Positions 41,684-52,660 of a stretch of DNA of 64,000 bases are shown here, in pieces (within the stretch, counting starts at the first letter, position 1; each line of letters opens with the position of its first letter). The DNA lies in the NCBI RefSeq assembly GCF_000143415.4, contig NW_003314266.1, positions 3,875,674 to 3,939,673 on the forward strand, read 5' to 3'. A program made the position numbers and the translations under genes. A model generated the notes under the pieces. It was not told where the DNA came from, ran no database searches, and was given only the letters and a program-made list of their open reading frames with translations. The DNA comes from Selaginella moellendorffii. Taxonomy: Eukaryota > Plantae > Lycopodiophyta.

Positions 41684-41716
<33 letters not shown>

Positions 41717-43524
41717 AGAAGAGCTCGAGGAAAGAAAAAAGCTTGCCTGATGGATGAGCATGAGAATGACGGCGATGTCACGGAAGGCGTTCTTGGGAAG
41801 AAGAGCAAGCGCGTTGGATTTCGTCAAGAGATTGTCACCGAAAGCCCAGTAGACTGCCGTGGCGGACGGGAGTGTCAAGGTGAAGACGTAGATGGTAGCG
41901 ACGAGATAGACCCACTTGAACTTTTGGGGCTTCCACATCGCGTGCATGATCTCCCTGGGAAGATCAAAGTTTATGAGAAGATGCCTATCGATCCATGCAA
42001 GAACAGCGAAAGAAGCGAAAGCTTACACAGTCACCGCATGGCCTCCAAATGTATAGAGTATGTTTGTGGCTCCAGTGAAGTAGAGCACCAGTTTGCTCGC
42101 TCCAGTGTGCTTGACATTGTCCGCCTATGGCAGGAGTTCCAAGAGATTAGCAAAGATCGAAAGAGCTCTCGTGATAGTGACAGAGCTCACGAAACTATAC
42201 TCGCCCCCCTCCCTCCACTCACACTTCCGTGTTGTGGGGAGAAAGGAGAGAACGAATAGCGCGAGAGAGAGAGGAAGACAAGACAAAGTGGGAATTTGGG
42301 AGATTTTTCTTTGTTCTTCTTCTCTACCTGGCCGTGGACGATCGCAGCGATGGTCATGTACCAGGCCGTGTAAGTGGTCATCCCCAAGCCGAGGAAGGAC
42401 CACACTCGATAGTTGTGAAAAGACGGGATGAGCACTGTTGTCATGCAGCAAGCACCGAAGATATATGTCCATGTCCGCTTGGACAAAGAATCGTTGATGT
42501 AATAGATGTTGCTGCAAGAGAAAACAAGCGAGCCCAAGAGTTTCAAATCAGAAACAGTCCTTTGAAAGGGAACTTAGAAGAGGAAACATCCCACAAACAC
42601 CAGATGCCGCAGCAAGGCATTTGCTGGGATATCGACGTACCTCGCACAGGCGATGAGCTGAATCACGGAGCCAAAGAGCAAGAAGGTGCAGTTAAACCCG
42701 AATCCTATCGCTTTCCAGTAAGGCCCGAGCAAGCCATCCAAGACCTCGAACCACTGCAACAAGAGAAACCATCGCTCGCGACTCAAGAACACCAAAGATT
42801 GGAAAAGATGGAGAAAGATCGATCTTTGCTTCTTGCTTCTTACCTGGATGATGTGGTTCTTGAAGCTCACATTCTCCTTCTCCTTGCGATTGCGGTACTC
42901 GACGTAGAGCCAGCTGATGAGATAGGCGGTCCAGGCCCCGAGCAGGCCATAGAAGACCTGGAAGACAATGCCCGACGCGAATCCCAGCTGCGAGAAGGAG
43001 TATGGCAGCGTGAGCAGCACTTGAGCCACCTGGAAATCACCACAGAAGAAACCGTGAGGCGAAGATCACAAGCACAACAACGAAGAAGAGGAAGAAGAAA
43101 AAAAAAAGTCCCAAAACTGTGTGTTTGTCCTCACACAGGGCAATCAATCAATCAATCAAGCCGAGGACTTTGCCAGCACGCAAGGATGGCTGTTCTTGCT
43201 GGCTATGGCCGCCAGGGAGGAGAGAAAATATCACGCCCACTCTTGTCTTCCTCCACCAAATCCATGGCGGACGCATTAAATGAGGAAGAGAGGATGTAAG
43301 ATCGAAGAGGGAGAGATTTCTAGAGCAATGCATTGGATCGATCTATCCACCTGATTGGAAGCGCAGCTAAACCAGGCATCGTAGACGCTGCCCCCGTGCC
43401 AAAAGAGCGCTTTGATTCCCTGGACTCTGTTCTGGTTGTTCTCCACGAGACCATCTTGCTCCTTTCGATCCAACTCCATCTCGGTGTAGTTGCCTACCAT
43501 CTCTTCCTTGCCTTCCACCACCAT
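40938..43524 (-). CDS. LAX: auxin influx carrier AUX1/LAX family
   Basis: WHGGSVYDAWFSCASNQ|VAQVLLTLPYSFSQLG, WFEVLDGLLG, KRTWTYIFGACC, EIMHAMWKPQKFK, FGPINSAVG, FGLFAKCYQC. Confidence 0.97.
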
Positions 43525-44988
43525 GGCTCCAACTCGCGCGAAGAAGATCCAACGAAACAAATGTAGCTCTGTTCTTGGAAGAAGAAGACCAATGTGGGCT
43601 CGAGATCGCGGCTCCAAGGCGAGAATTTGGCGACTTGGGCTGGCAGGAATGCGTGGCGAGAGGCGAAATCCGGGGCCTCGGCGTGAGATTGGGAGCGATC
43701 CACACGATTCACGAGCGGTGCTTGGAGTGTCTGTGTAGTGTGGAGCAGCGAAAAGATGGAGAGAATGGAGAAAAGGGGGGGATGGAATCAACAGAGAGTA
43801 GGAAGGGGGGCCGCACAGCCAATACCATCATAGCGCACTACCACAACCATCTCTCCTCTTCTTCTTCGTCTCTCCCTTTTGCGGCGAGAATCTTTCCCTC
43901 TTTTCTCCCTCCCCTGCGCGAGGAAAGCAAGAAAGAATGAATGCTCTGTTTTCTGGGAGAGGAGGGGAGATAAATCGATCGCGATTGGAATGCGAGTGGA
44001 TCCGGAGCACGAGAGATCGGGAGGCGAGGTGGAAGCAAGCCCGTAAAAGCTGGGAGTCGCGAAAAACTGGCAAGCAATTCGTGGAATGGATGGAAGAATT
44101 GATCGAAGCTTTCGCTCTCAATGTTCTTCCATGGGAGGAGATATGGATGACGAGAAAAGAGAGAATGGAGAGCCCTTTCCCTCCACTTCCTCTTCTTCTT
44201 CTCCTTTCTTCTTTCTCTCTGCACAGATGCCTAGGCGATGGATTTATTTGCACAAACTCTCTCCTCCTCCTGTCTAGCTATGGATTACAAAACAAATAGA
44301 GAAATAAGGACACCGCCCCTGCCAGGGACCCAGTGTGAACGCACTTAGGGCGAACCCACACTTACCACCTTTTTTCCCTTGATTAGGGCACCGCCATTAG
44401 CGACTAACCCTCCCCCCGTTTTCGTTTTTCGTTGGTTGGTTTGCCTTCTCTCGTGCCGAGGTGGGGGCATTCATTGCAATACCCAAAGTTTGCCCCACAC
44501 GAGCGTGCCATTTAATATAAAGGAGAAAGCTCCCATTCTTCTTCTTCTTCTTCCTTTTTTTAATTTCTATCTCCGCTAAAATAATATTATTTTTTATATA
44601 TCTCTTCACATACGCATACATAGTCATTCATACACCATGCATTAAAAAAACAAAACAGAAAAATTGATTAAAAAATATTGAAATAGGGTGAGGTGTGAAC
44701 GAGGTATCTGGAATCTACTGGAATCCGACAAGCTTTCATCCAAGTGCCAAGGAGGCCAGTCATTGCCCATATCCCCTGCATTGGCATTTGCTGCTACTTG
44801 ACAGAGGCATGCCACCACCACCGCCCTTTCCCCTTCTTTCTTGGCATGCCATCTTTTCTGTGTGCCAGGCATCATACTAATCAATTAGAAAACTAAAAAC
44901 ACATTAATATCAATAATCAATACTATACTGATACACTATTCTATCCTGTTATCGATAATTTTTCTAATGTTTGTTCGTATCTATACGC

Positions 44989-45006
44989 CCGACAAGCTAG
45001 CCGACA
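44989..45006 (-). promoter_or_regulatory. tandem TGTCGG auxin-response elements upstream of AUX1/LAX
   Basis: ccgaca-agctag-ccgaca direct repeat; a third ccgaca at 44725. Confidence 0.5.
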
Positions 45007-46219
45007 AAAGCGACGATTCCAACAACAAATGCCCACGCTGGGTAAATTTGCTGACCACCTTTTTTACCCTCTCAAGTAACGCACAGAAGGGAAGAGGCAC
45101 TTTTTTTTTTCACTTTTGGGGCCTTCCTTGCGGCAGTCGCATTGTAAGAGCTCTGGGTGTGTGTTGCGTTTGTGGATGGCCACTCACCGCGCGGGTGTAC
45201 GGCACCGTGATCCCGGGGTACGGACCCCCACACCGTACGCTCTCATACGGTGCTTAGCTTTGGGATCTTAGTTAGATCTGGCGGTCAACGCAACGCAAAC
45301 GATGCGATGCCACGGCCGGATTTGGCAGACCACCTCCATTTCGTCCTTTCGCCAAACTTGTCAGCGAGGAGTGTGTTCCTACATATGCGTTTACACTACC
45401 GTATATGCGTACGCCATCGTCAAGCGTATGTGTGGACCGCATGACGCCATGCCAGGATTCCCCACATGGAAAGGAAAGATTCCCGTCGGAGAATAATGTG
45501 TGCGATGGGGATGACCTAGTCATATATGCCAATGTTCTCCGTACTTGGTCACGTACAGTGTGATTTATATACTTGGTTCGTGGTGATTGATGTAGCTTAA
45601 ACTCCAAGCGTGCTGGAATTGAATTGTTGTTTTGTTCAGGTGCCTTTGATCCCACGGAACTGGAGACTGGATCGAGGACACACGGGCAAAGTTATCATGG
45701 TCTTTGCCAAGCGTGGGCATTTGCCTAGATAACGGCGAATTAAATGGCTTGATCGAGCAAACTTGGGGGCAACCTTGACGAAGTTACGTGATGACGATCA
45801 AGCTGCTGCTGCTGCTGCTGCTCAAGTTAAAAAAATCCGCGGAACGAGATTCCTTGACCAATCTAAGTTTCTAAGAATGGAAATTGGAAGGGGTTGATTG
45901 ACCATGTTTAAGCAAACCGGGTTGCGAGGGTGGCGAGAAAAATATAACTGATCCCGTGTGGATCCGCTGTAGATTCTTGAAGCTTTCAAACTTATCCTCG
46001 CCTCAATCAATCATCACAATCTGGGGCACAGCATGGGAGGGAGACCTAAACAATGGAAAAAAAAGAGGATTATACAACCCCACCACCCAATCCAAAACGC
46101 CACCACCGCAAGCAATCCCACATCATTGGGACCGGAAAATGCCAAGCGAATGGGATTCGAACCCGGCCTGGCACGCCGAGCAAGCATCCTGACCGTCGGA
46201 TCTGGACGAGATGGAACCG

Positions 46220-46330
46220 TTGGCATGTCACGTGCGGGGCTCACGCGCGCATGCGCATGCATCATGGCATGGCTGGCATGCATGCATGGCAGGCTGTGAC
46301 ACGTGGCATGGGTGATGCATGCACACGTCA
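46220..46330. promoter_or_regulatory. dense RY (CATGCA) / G-box-ABRE cluster
   Basis: CACGTG at 46229, ACACGTGGC at 46299, several CATGCA/TGCATG within 110 nt. Confidence 0.5.
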
Positions 46331-49300
46331 TTTTTAAAAATGTATTTTAGGGTTAGGGCTAACACCGTCAGCTTACTGGTAAAAGTAAATCCTGATAGGA
46401 GTCAAAAGCGAGCACTTGTGGATTGGAATCAATCAAGAACACTGAGAATTGTCAATGCTTATATCCGCGAAGATTGTTTTGCTTTACAATTGTTTTTCAA
46501 AGGGGTGCCAGTACAAGCACAAGTTTCATTGCGAATGCAGTGAACAAAACCCCTCCTCCGCTGCTAAAGTTCTATCCTCCACTCAAAGGGGGCGGGCCAA
46601 AGCTTCCATTGATTCACATTTGCCCTTTCATTTGGGCGTGATTGGACTACATTCCTTGCTCCAAATGAGAACCATGTCACGGACATTCTCGCCTAGAGAT
46701 CTCTACACCGCCCCTCCCCAGGAATCTTTGGAGCATCTCAAGATTTCAATCAAAACCTGGGTGGTGGATTTGGAAGCCAGCAGCACACCACACAATAGAG
46801 CACCACCACATTTGTACCAAAGCAATCAACAAGCACAGGAGGAGGAAAAATTGCCACCTTTTGCAATATATCTTGTTTCTTGGGGCCTTGTGTGAAACCG
46901 TTTGGGCTGCCAACTTGCTCTTTTATGATCAAGAAATGTTGAGCTTGTGGATGTTGTTGTACAGCTGGAAATAAGAGTGTCATAAGTGGGTGTAGATCCC
47001 TCCATTGTTTCAGATGAAAATTGCAGCTTGGATTGTTGGAGGAGAGTTTTCAGCCCCACATAAGAGAGGGGCTTGAATCTTTTCAAGTTTTTCAAATATA
47101 AATGCTAGTTTTTGAAAAAAGAAAAAAGAGTAAATGTAAGGAATATGGTGAAAGACACCTTTCACTCATTAAAATTTCTATCTTTTGAGGCCCAGTGTGT
47201 GATTGTAAAAGAAGAGAGAAATGAAAAGGAAGAGATTGGGGTGTGGCATGCTTTTGTTTGTTTTTTCAGTGGGATGGTCACTTCCAACCAATAGTTGTTG
47301 TTTTATGTTATTTATATAGTGGCTTGCACCATAAAAGAAGTGAGTGTGACCTTGTGTTTTTCCCCACACTGGTGCAAGATTGGAAGAAGCTGCAAAACAA
47401 GGAGCTCTCAACAAGAAAAGAGAGATGTTGATAGTAACAAAGAGCAAACCTGATCAAATTAATATCAAATCAGAGCTTCCTTCGCTTTCACCATAAAGCC
47501 CAAGGTACTTAATTCCAATCCTTTTTCTTGTTTCATGGAGCAAAACAAACATCACGAAACAACAAATCTGGGTTTTGTTTGGACACTTTGGTCTGTTTCA
47601 CTGGAAAGCAAATGATCATTGTCGCATGCCTGCCTAAGCAACAAAACTAAACAAAAACAGGTCTGGCCGGTTTTCATAGTCAATACAGTAATAATAGTAA
47701 TAATAATTAAAATAAGCACTCAACCAACAAGCTAATGATAATATAGTTCTCCCATGATTGCCTCTTGCATTTGGTGATCCTCTTGTTATTTGTTATAGTA
47801 TTATTGGCTCTATTATCTTTTTTTTAGTTATAAGCTAACAATCGAGAAAATTCCCCCATGCGTGATAATAATCATCAGAGCAACTATCGTTACTATGCTA
47901 TGATGAATTTGAGCACTAAACTCCTGAAGTGAGTGAGATGGAAGTTCACGTATTTTGCTTGCTGCCAGCTTCGAGGGATCAGCTGGAATTGCACAAATAA
48001 GCATCCCCGATTCATAACAGGAGCAATAAGAATCTAGATTTGTTTCACACCTTTGTGCTCCGTGACGTAGTGGTGGAGCTGGGCAATTGGACCGCCATCA
48101 ATCCCAGCAGCATTAACATTTTGTGGAGAGCAAAAGCAAGCAAGAGGCTCTTGCGGTTTAACACACCCAAGAAAGAAAACAGCTAAAAAAGTGTAAGAAA
48201 CTCAACCTGGTCTTGTTTTGTGATGCCCAACAACCAAAAGATTCCTCTCATACAATCTCCAAAGCAGTCATAGATTGTGTTGTCTTTGAATGAAAACAAA
48301 ATACAACGAATCTAAACACCAAACCAAATTATAATCAATATTAATTTATACTAGTTAATAATGGTAAAAAGGAAACTGTGCATGTTGTTGCTCTTGACGT
48401 ATCACCAGCATGGAAAAATCCAGTACGGTTTAGTTTAGAGGGCCGTAAGTGTCAAGTTTTTCCACGTAGAAGTTTTTCCCCTCGCTTTGCCGTTTGTCAG
48501 ATAGCTCTTGCTCTAAAGTTGCTACAACAACCAAGAACACGAGTTCAAACGAAGCTCTCGAGTGTTATAAAATTAAACAATCGTTTCTTCTTCATTCCAA
48601 TGTGTTATAATCGTTCCCTCCTAGATCCAATGTGCTATAATCGTCTCCCCGTGTATTATAACAAAGCATGGCACATGAAAGCCTTGAATATAAAACACCA
48701 TGTTGGTGGTGTTGTCGCTGTATGCTTGTTTGTGTGGTTTTCATACTTTTTGCCCCTCTCCTGATGATAGCAACTCAAGCAAAGGTTTTTTGTGCCTCTC
48801 CGGTTTCTTCTGGATTTGGCGTGGCCGTGCGTGGTTGACCGGACCAACCCGGGATGGTTTGACCGCCACCACCTTTTCTTCCATCTCCTCTCCACACTTA
48901 TATTTTCTTTTGTTTGGAGAGTTTTACTTGGCAAGGATCCATCCCTCTTTGATGAAGTGATGAAGGGGATATTTCTTTTAGGCCAACACTCCAAGCTTTC
49001 CAGCTAGCCAAGAAGTGTATTGGTTGGGAGGGACACATCAACCGTAGGATAAAGATGCAAAGATTGGAGGCCTGAAAATTTCGACTTTTTCTATTAAGTT
49101 GATCTAATATATATATATAATTATTAGTTGAAATGCCGATTGGGTATAGGCAGGGCCAAATACGTATTTCTTGCGTGGATGATGTCAAGTTGGCAAGAAA
49201 TAGCACATGAGATAACATGCACGAGAACACTAAGATAAAGGGTGGCGACGTGACTTCTTATCGGGTAAAATCCAACTAAAATCCCAGAGACAATGCCAGG

Positions 49301-50611
49301 TAGCACGTGAATAATCAAAATACATTATTATTGATTACAATTCTCAAATGTTTTATTAATATCAATGGCAAATCTTACTGCCCAAGGCAAGATTTCACTG
49401 CGTATAATGTTCGTCGCAAAGTGTGGGATTGAATACTAAAACCCCGGGGGCGTGTTTGTTTTTGTTTGGAGCGAGCTGACAAAGACGAGCATCCAAAAGA
49501 TAGCGAAAGATTTGCCGCTAAGGTGTTGATGGATGGCTTTGCACCATCCACATGCCTGTGCTATTTTGTCCCGGGGCCTCTTTTTTTCATATGCATGGTC
49601 TCGAATGATTGAGAGAGCTCCTCCCTCTCTTTCAGTGTGTGAATCCAAAGCATCTTCCAGTACGCCATAGCCATGTAGCGGCAGCACTACGAGGCAAAAG
49701 CTCGGGGTCAAAATCCTCCAAAATCAAGCCCACCTCCACCACCTTGAAACAACACAAATCTCGCCACTGCCAAGCCGGGATGAGTGAATAAAAAGAAGTG
49801 TAACGAGCGCGATATAAAAGCTGGGAAAAGAGGGAATGGTGTGTGCGTACCTTTGGCGCAGTAGCGTCAGGAGAGAGGCAAGTAGGAGCAGCACGGCTCT
49901 CTGGATTGGAACCGAGAGCTTCTCTTTCTTTCTTTTCGAGGAAGTTATCCTTCTTTCTCGAGAAGAAAAGAAGGGAGAGCTTCTCATCTTCGTCCCGCCG
50001 ATTGAGTCGTTCTTCCCCGCGTGAGCCACCACCTGACTGACTGCTTCGCGAGTTTTTATAAGGCCACCCCCGAATTTTTAATGCCGCGCCGATGGTACGC
50101 TTTCTCCCTTGTCTCAACCAATGCTCTTTCGGGTACGCCGGTCAATTGTCACACTGCAATGACAATCATGTGCTTCGCAAAGGCGATGGCGTCGTTGCGT
50201 GCTTGCTTGCTTTGCTTTGGCTCTGGTAGAAAAAGAAAAACTCGTCGTCGTAGCGGACTATAACTTTGGCCCCTCCTCCAGCTCATCTCGTGTCACGTCC
50301 TTCAAACAGTGTCGCCCAAGTTCCTTTCCTCCTGTTCCTGTGCCTCCTGTTCTTCTTTTTTCCTTCGTTTTCCTAGAAAAGCTTTTGTGCCGATCGATCC
50401 ACTTCTTCCTGTTGCTGGCTGGCTGTGCTCACCATCTTTATTGCCGAAGAACTTGTCCATATCAGTCCCCAAGTCTCTGATGATTGCATTGAAAGTAAAA
50501 CACCACACATCTCGATTCGAATGGAATGGCTCCCTCAAAACATTGATACCTGCAGTCAGTGTTACACCAAAGAAGTTGACTGTGAATATCAGGCCAGACC
50601 TCTTTGGTTAG

Positions 50612-51837
50612 TCACGGCGCAGGCTTTTCAGGGCCTTTAGTAGAGGCCTTGGGAGCGGAGCCTTTTTGCTGCTGCTGCTGCTGCTTACTCGTCGAAGGCA
50701 GTGGTCTTAGAATCGCCCAAGCACGATGTCTTTCGGATTGCGGACCTTGTTCCAGCTTTGATACATCCTTAAGCTGCATATCGGAGTCTCAGAAAAGCCA
50801 AAACGAAATGAAGGATGAGGAAGTACTATACCAGTTCGATGAGTCGATCGATGAGCTTCAATGCTTTGGGATCTGACCTGACTGGACCTTCGTCGTCCTT
50901 GACTGGTTTATTCGGGAGCTTGACAACAAACTGGATAAAAGAGTAGCTTAGCAGCGTTTTTCCAACGTAGAAAAGAAAAAAAAAAGCTTGCACCTTCAAG
51001 CGATGACCTCGCTGGATAAGTTTCGATGCCATGTCTGCTTTCATCTCAAGGTCTCTCTCCTCCTGAAAAGCTCATAGATGAAACGAAGAACCATGGAACG
51101 TGGAAAACTCACGATCTTAGAAGTCACTTGAAGCTCTTTCAGGTCACTCAGCCTTCGAGACTCCAACTGCATTGCAAATAAGTTAGCAAGCCAAGAGAAA
51201 TGGAAGGAAGATCGCTACGTACATTCGTCTTCTTGCGTTCTTTCTCCCTGACTTTTTCCTTGTACTTCTCCTTCTTGTAGTCCATAAGTTTGCAGACAAC
51301 CGGTTCCTTGGATGGATCAACCTGTTCGTGGAAAATTCTAGTTTCATGGAAGATCAAACAATGCAGTACCTCGACCAAGTCTAGTCCCTGCTTCTCAGCA
51401 AGGCCGAGCGCTTCCTCTCTCGTTACTACTTTGTGACCTGAGAGAAAACCACAGAATCGTGAAAAAAGTTCTTTAGTTCTTCCAGGAAACCCAAAACACA
51501 TAAACTAAAAAAAAAATCGAATACCTTCTGAATCGACAAGGCGAATGAAGCGATCGGCGATGGCTCTGTTCATCCGGGGTCCCTTTGGAGCATTCGGCCG
51601 TGCGCGAGGATCGCCGATAATGTCATCGTCATCGTCTTTCTTCGTCTGCGCAAGGAAAAAATTCATTCTTGGGAGGAGAGGAGCGCGCTTGCTTACATTT
51701 CTAGCGTAGCTCCTGGAGAAGAGGAGATCGCCGCTCCAGCGCCATTGCAAGTCCTGATCGCTCCTCTCAATCGCACCGGCCGCTCGCCGCGCTGTACAAG
51801 AAGAAGCGCGAAGAACAAGACGACGCCATAGCGCCAT
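50612..51837 (-). CDS. organellar (probably mitochondrial) translation initiation factor IF-3
   Basis: Arg-rich transit peptide; PRMNRAI..RFIRLVD, EALGLAEKQGLDLVEV, PVVCKLMDYKKEKY, DLEMKADMASKLIQRGHRLK; multi-exon. Confidence 0.88.
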
Positions 51838-51867
51838 AGCTAGGGTTTAAGTTAGGGTTCTTCCAAA
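51838..51867. promoter_or_regulatory. 30-nt head-to-head spacer with two telo-box-like motifs
   Basis: agctagggtttaagttagggttcttccaaa lies between the divergent ATGs. Confidence 0.6.
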
Positions 51868-52596
51868 ATGTACAAGAGCCAGCTCCAAGAATTCGCGCAG
51901 AAATCGGGCTGGACGGTGCCGCAGTACGATTCCATCAAGCAAGGCCTGCCCCATCTTCCGCGATTCCAAGCTTCGGTCGAGGTGAATGGCGTCAAGTACG
52001 AGTCCGAGGATGGATTTCCCAATCTCAAGGCCGCCGAGCACAGCGCCGCCAAGAAGGCGCTGGATTCGCTTATTGGCGGCGCCAATGGCGCTTCCACCGA
52101 TGCCTCTGGCTCCTCCATGGTACGATCGCGTAGCTTGCATTCTCTTTCTCTTCTCATGCTTCTTTCTTTTCTTCGTGCTTGTTCTTGGGTGTTCTAAAGA
52201 CCGGGCTTTGCAAGAATGTGCTCCAAGAGTACGCGCAAAGGAATGGCTTCTCTCTTCCAATCTACCAAATTGAGATCACTGGGCCGAGCCACAATTCAGT
52301 GTTTGCAGCGACTGTGGAGATCGGTGGAGTTTTGTACAAGGGTGGTACTGCCAAGAGCAAGAAAGAGGCCGAGGTGAAAGCCGCAAGAACAGCGATTCTT
52401 GCGATCAAAGAACTTGCAGGTAAGGAATGCTTCTCTTTTCTTGTATCTCTCATCTCATCTCTCTCATTCTTTTCGTTTTCTCTCAGAGGCCGCTCCTTCA
52501 GACGATTACGTTCCACCACAGTCTGGAAAAAAGCGAGTGAGAGCTGCCAAGAACAAGATCGAGAAAGAATCACCACGACGCAAACCACGGGTGTGA
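51868..52596 (+). CDS. HYL1: double-stranded RNA-binding protein, HYL1/DRB1-like (2 dsRBMs; introns 52120-52199 and about 52420-52486)
   Basis: YKSQLQEFAQK...KAAEHSAAKKAL and TGLCKNVLQEYAQR...KKEAEVKAARTA; basic C-terminal tail. Confidence 0.8.
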
Positions 52597-52660
52597 GAGA
52601 TCTCGAGGCAGCAAAGCTGGTAACTCAAACCTCTATTTTGTGTCTTTGTATTTGTAGCGA

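Noticed and set aside
42229-43299. 356-aa plus-strand ORF (and the 225-aa ORF at 41080-41757)
   Set aside because: Antisense shadows of AUX1/LAX; the GA-rich, T-poor intron strand lacks stops and the poly-E comes from a (GAA)n microsatellite.
46140-46210. tRNA-like GGTTCGAATCCC on the minus strand
   Set aside because: Only a T-loop/B-box; I could not build an acceptor stem, D-arm or anticodon arm.
47281-47386. inverted repeats cttccaa/ttggaag and cttgcacca/tggtgcaag
   Set aside because: Short stems with a large asymmetric bulge; not a credible pre-miRNA or MITE.
47470-47492. agagcttccttc resembling the miR319/159 star arm
   Set aside because: No matching mature miR159/319 sequence or fold-back partner nearby.
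47895-47930. ATGATGA...CTGA C/D snoRNA-like boxes
   Set aside because: The short rRNA-like complement is not adjacent to the D box, and no terminal stem is evident.
48596-48660. ~30-nt tandem repeat considered as CRISPR-like
   Set aside because: Two adjacent imperfect copies without unique spacers, in eukaryotic DNA with no cas genes.
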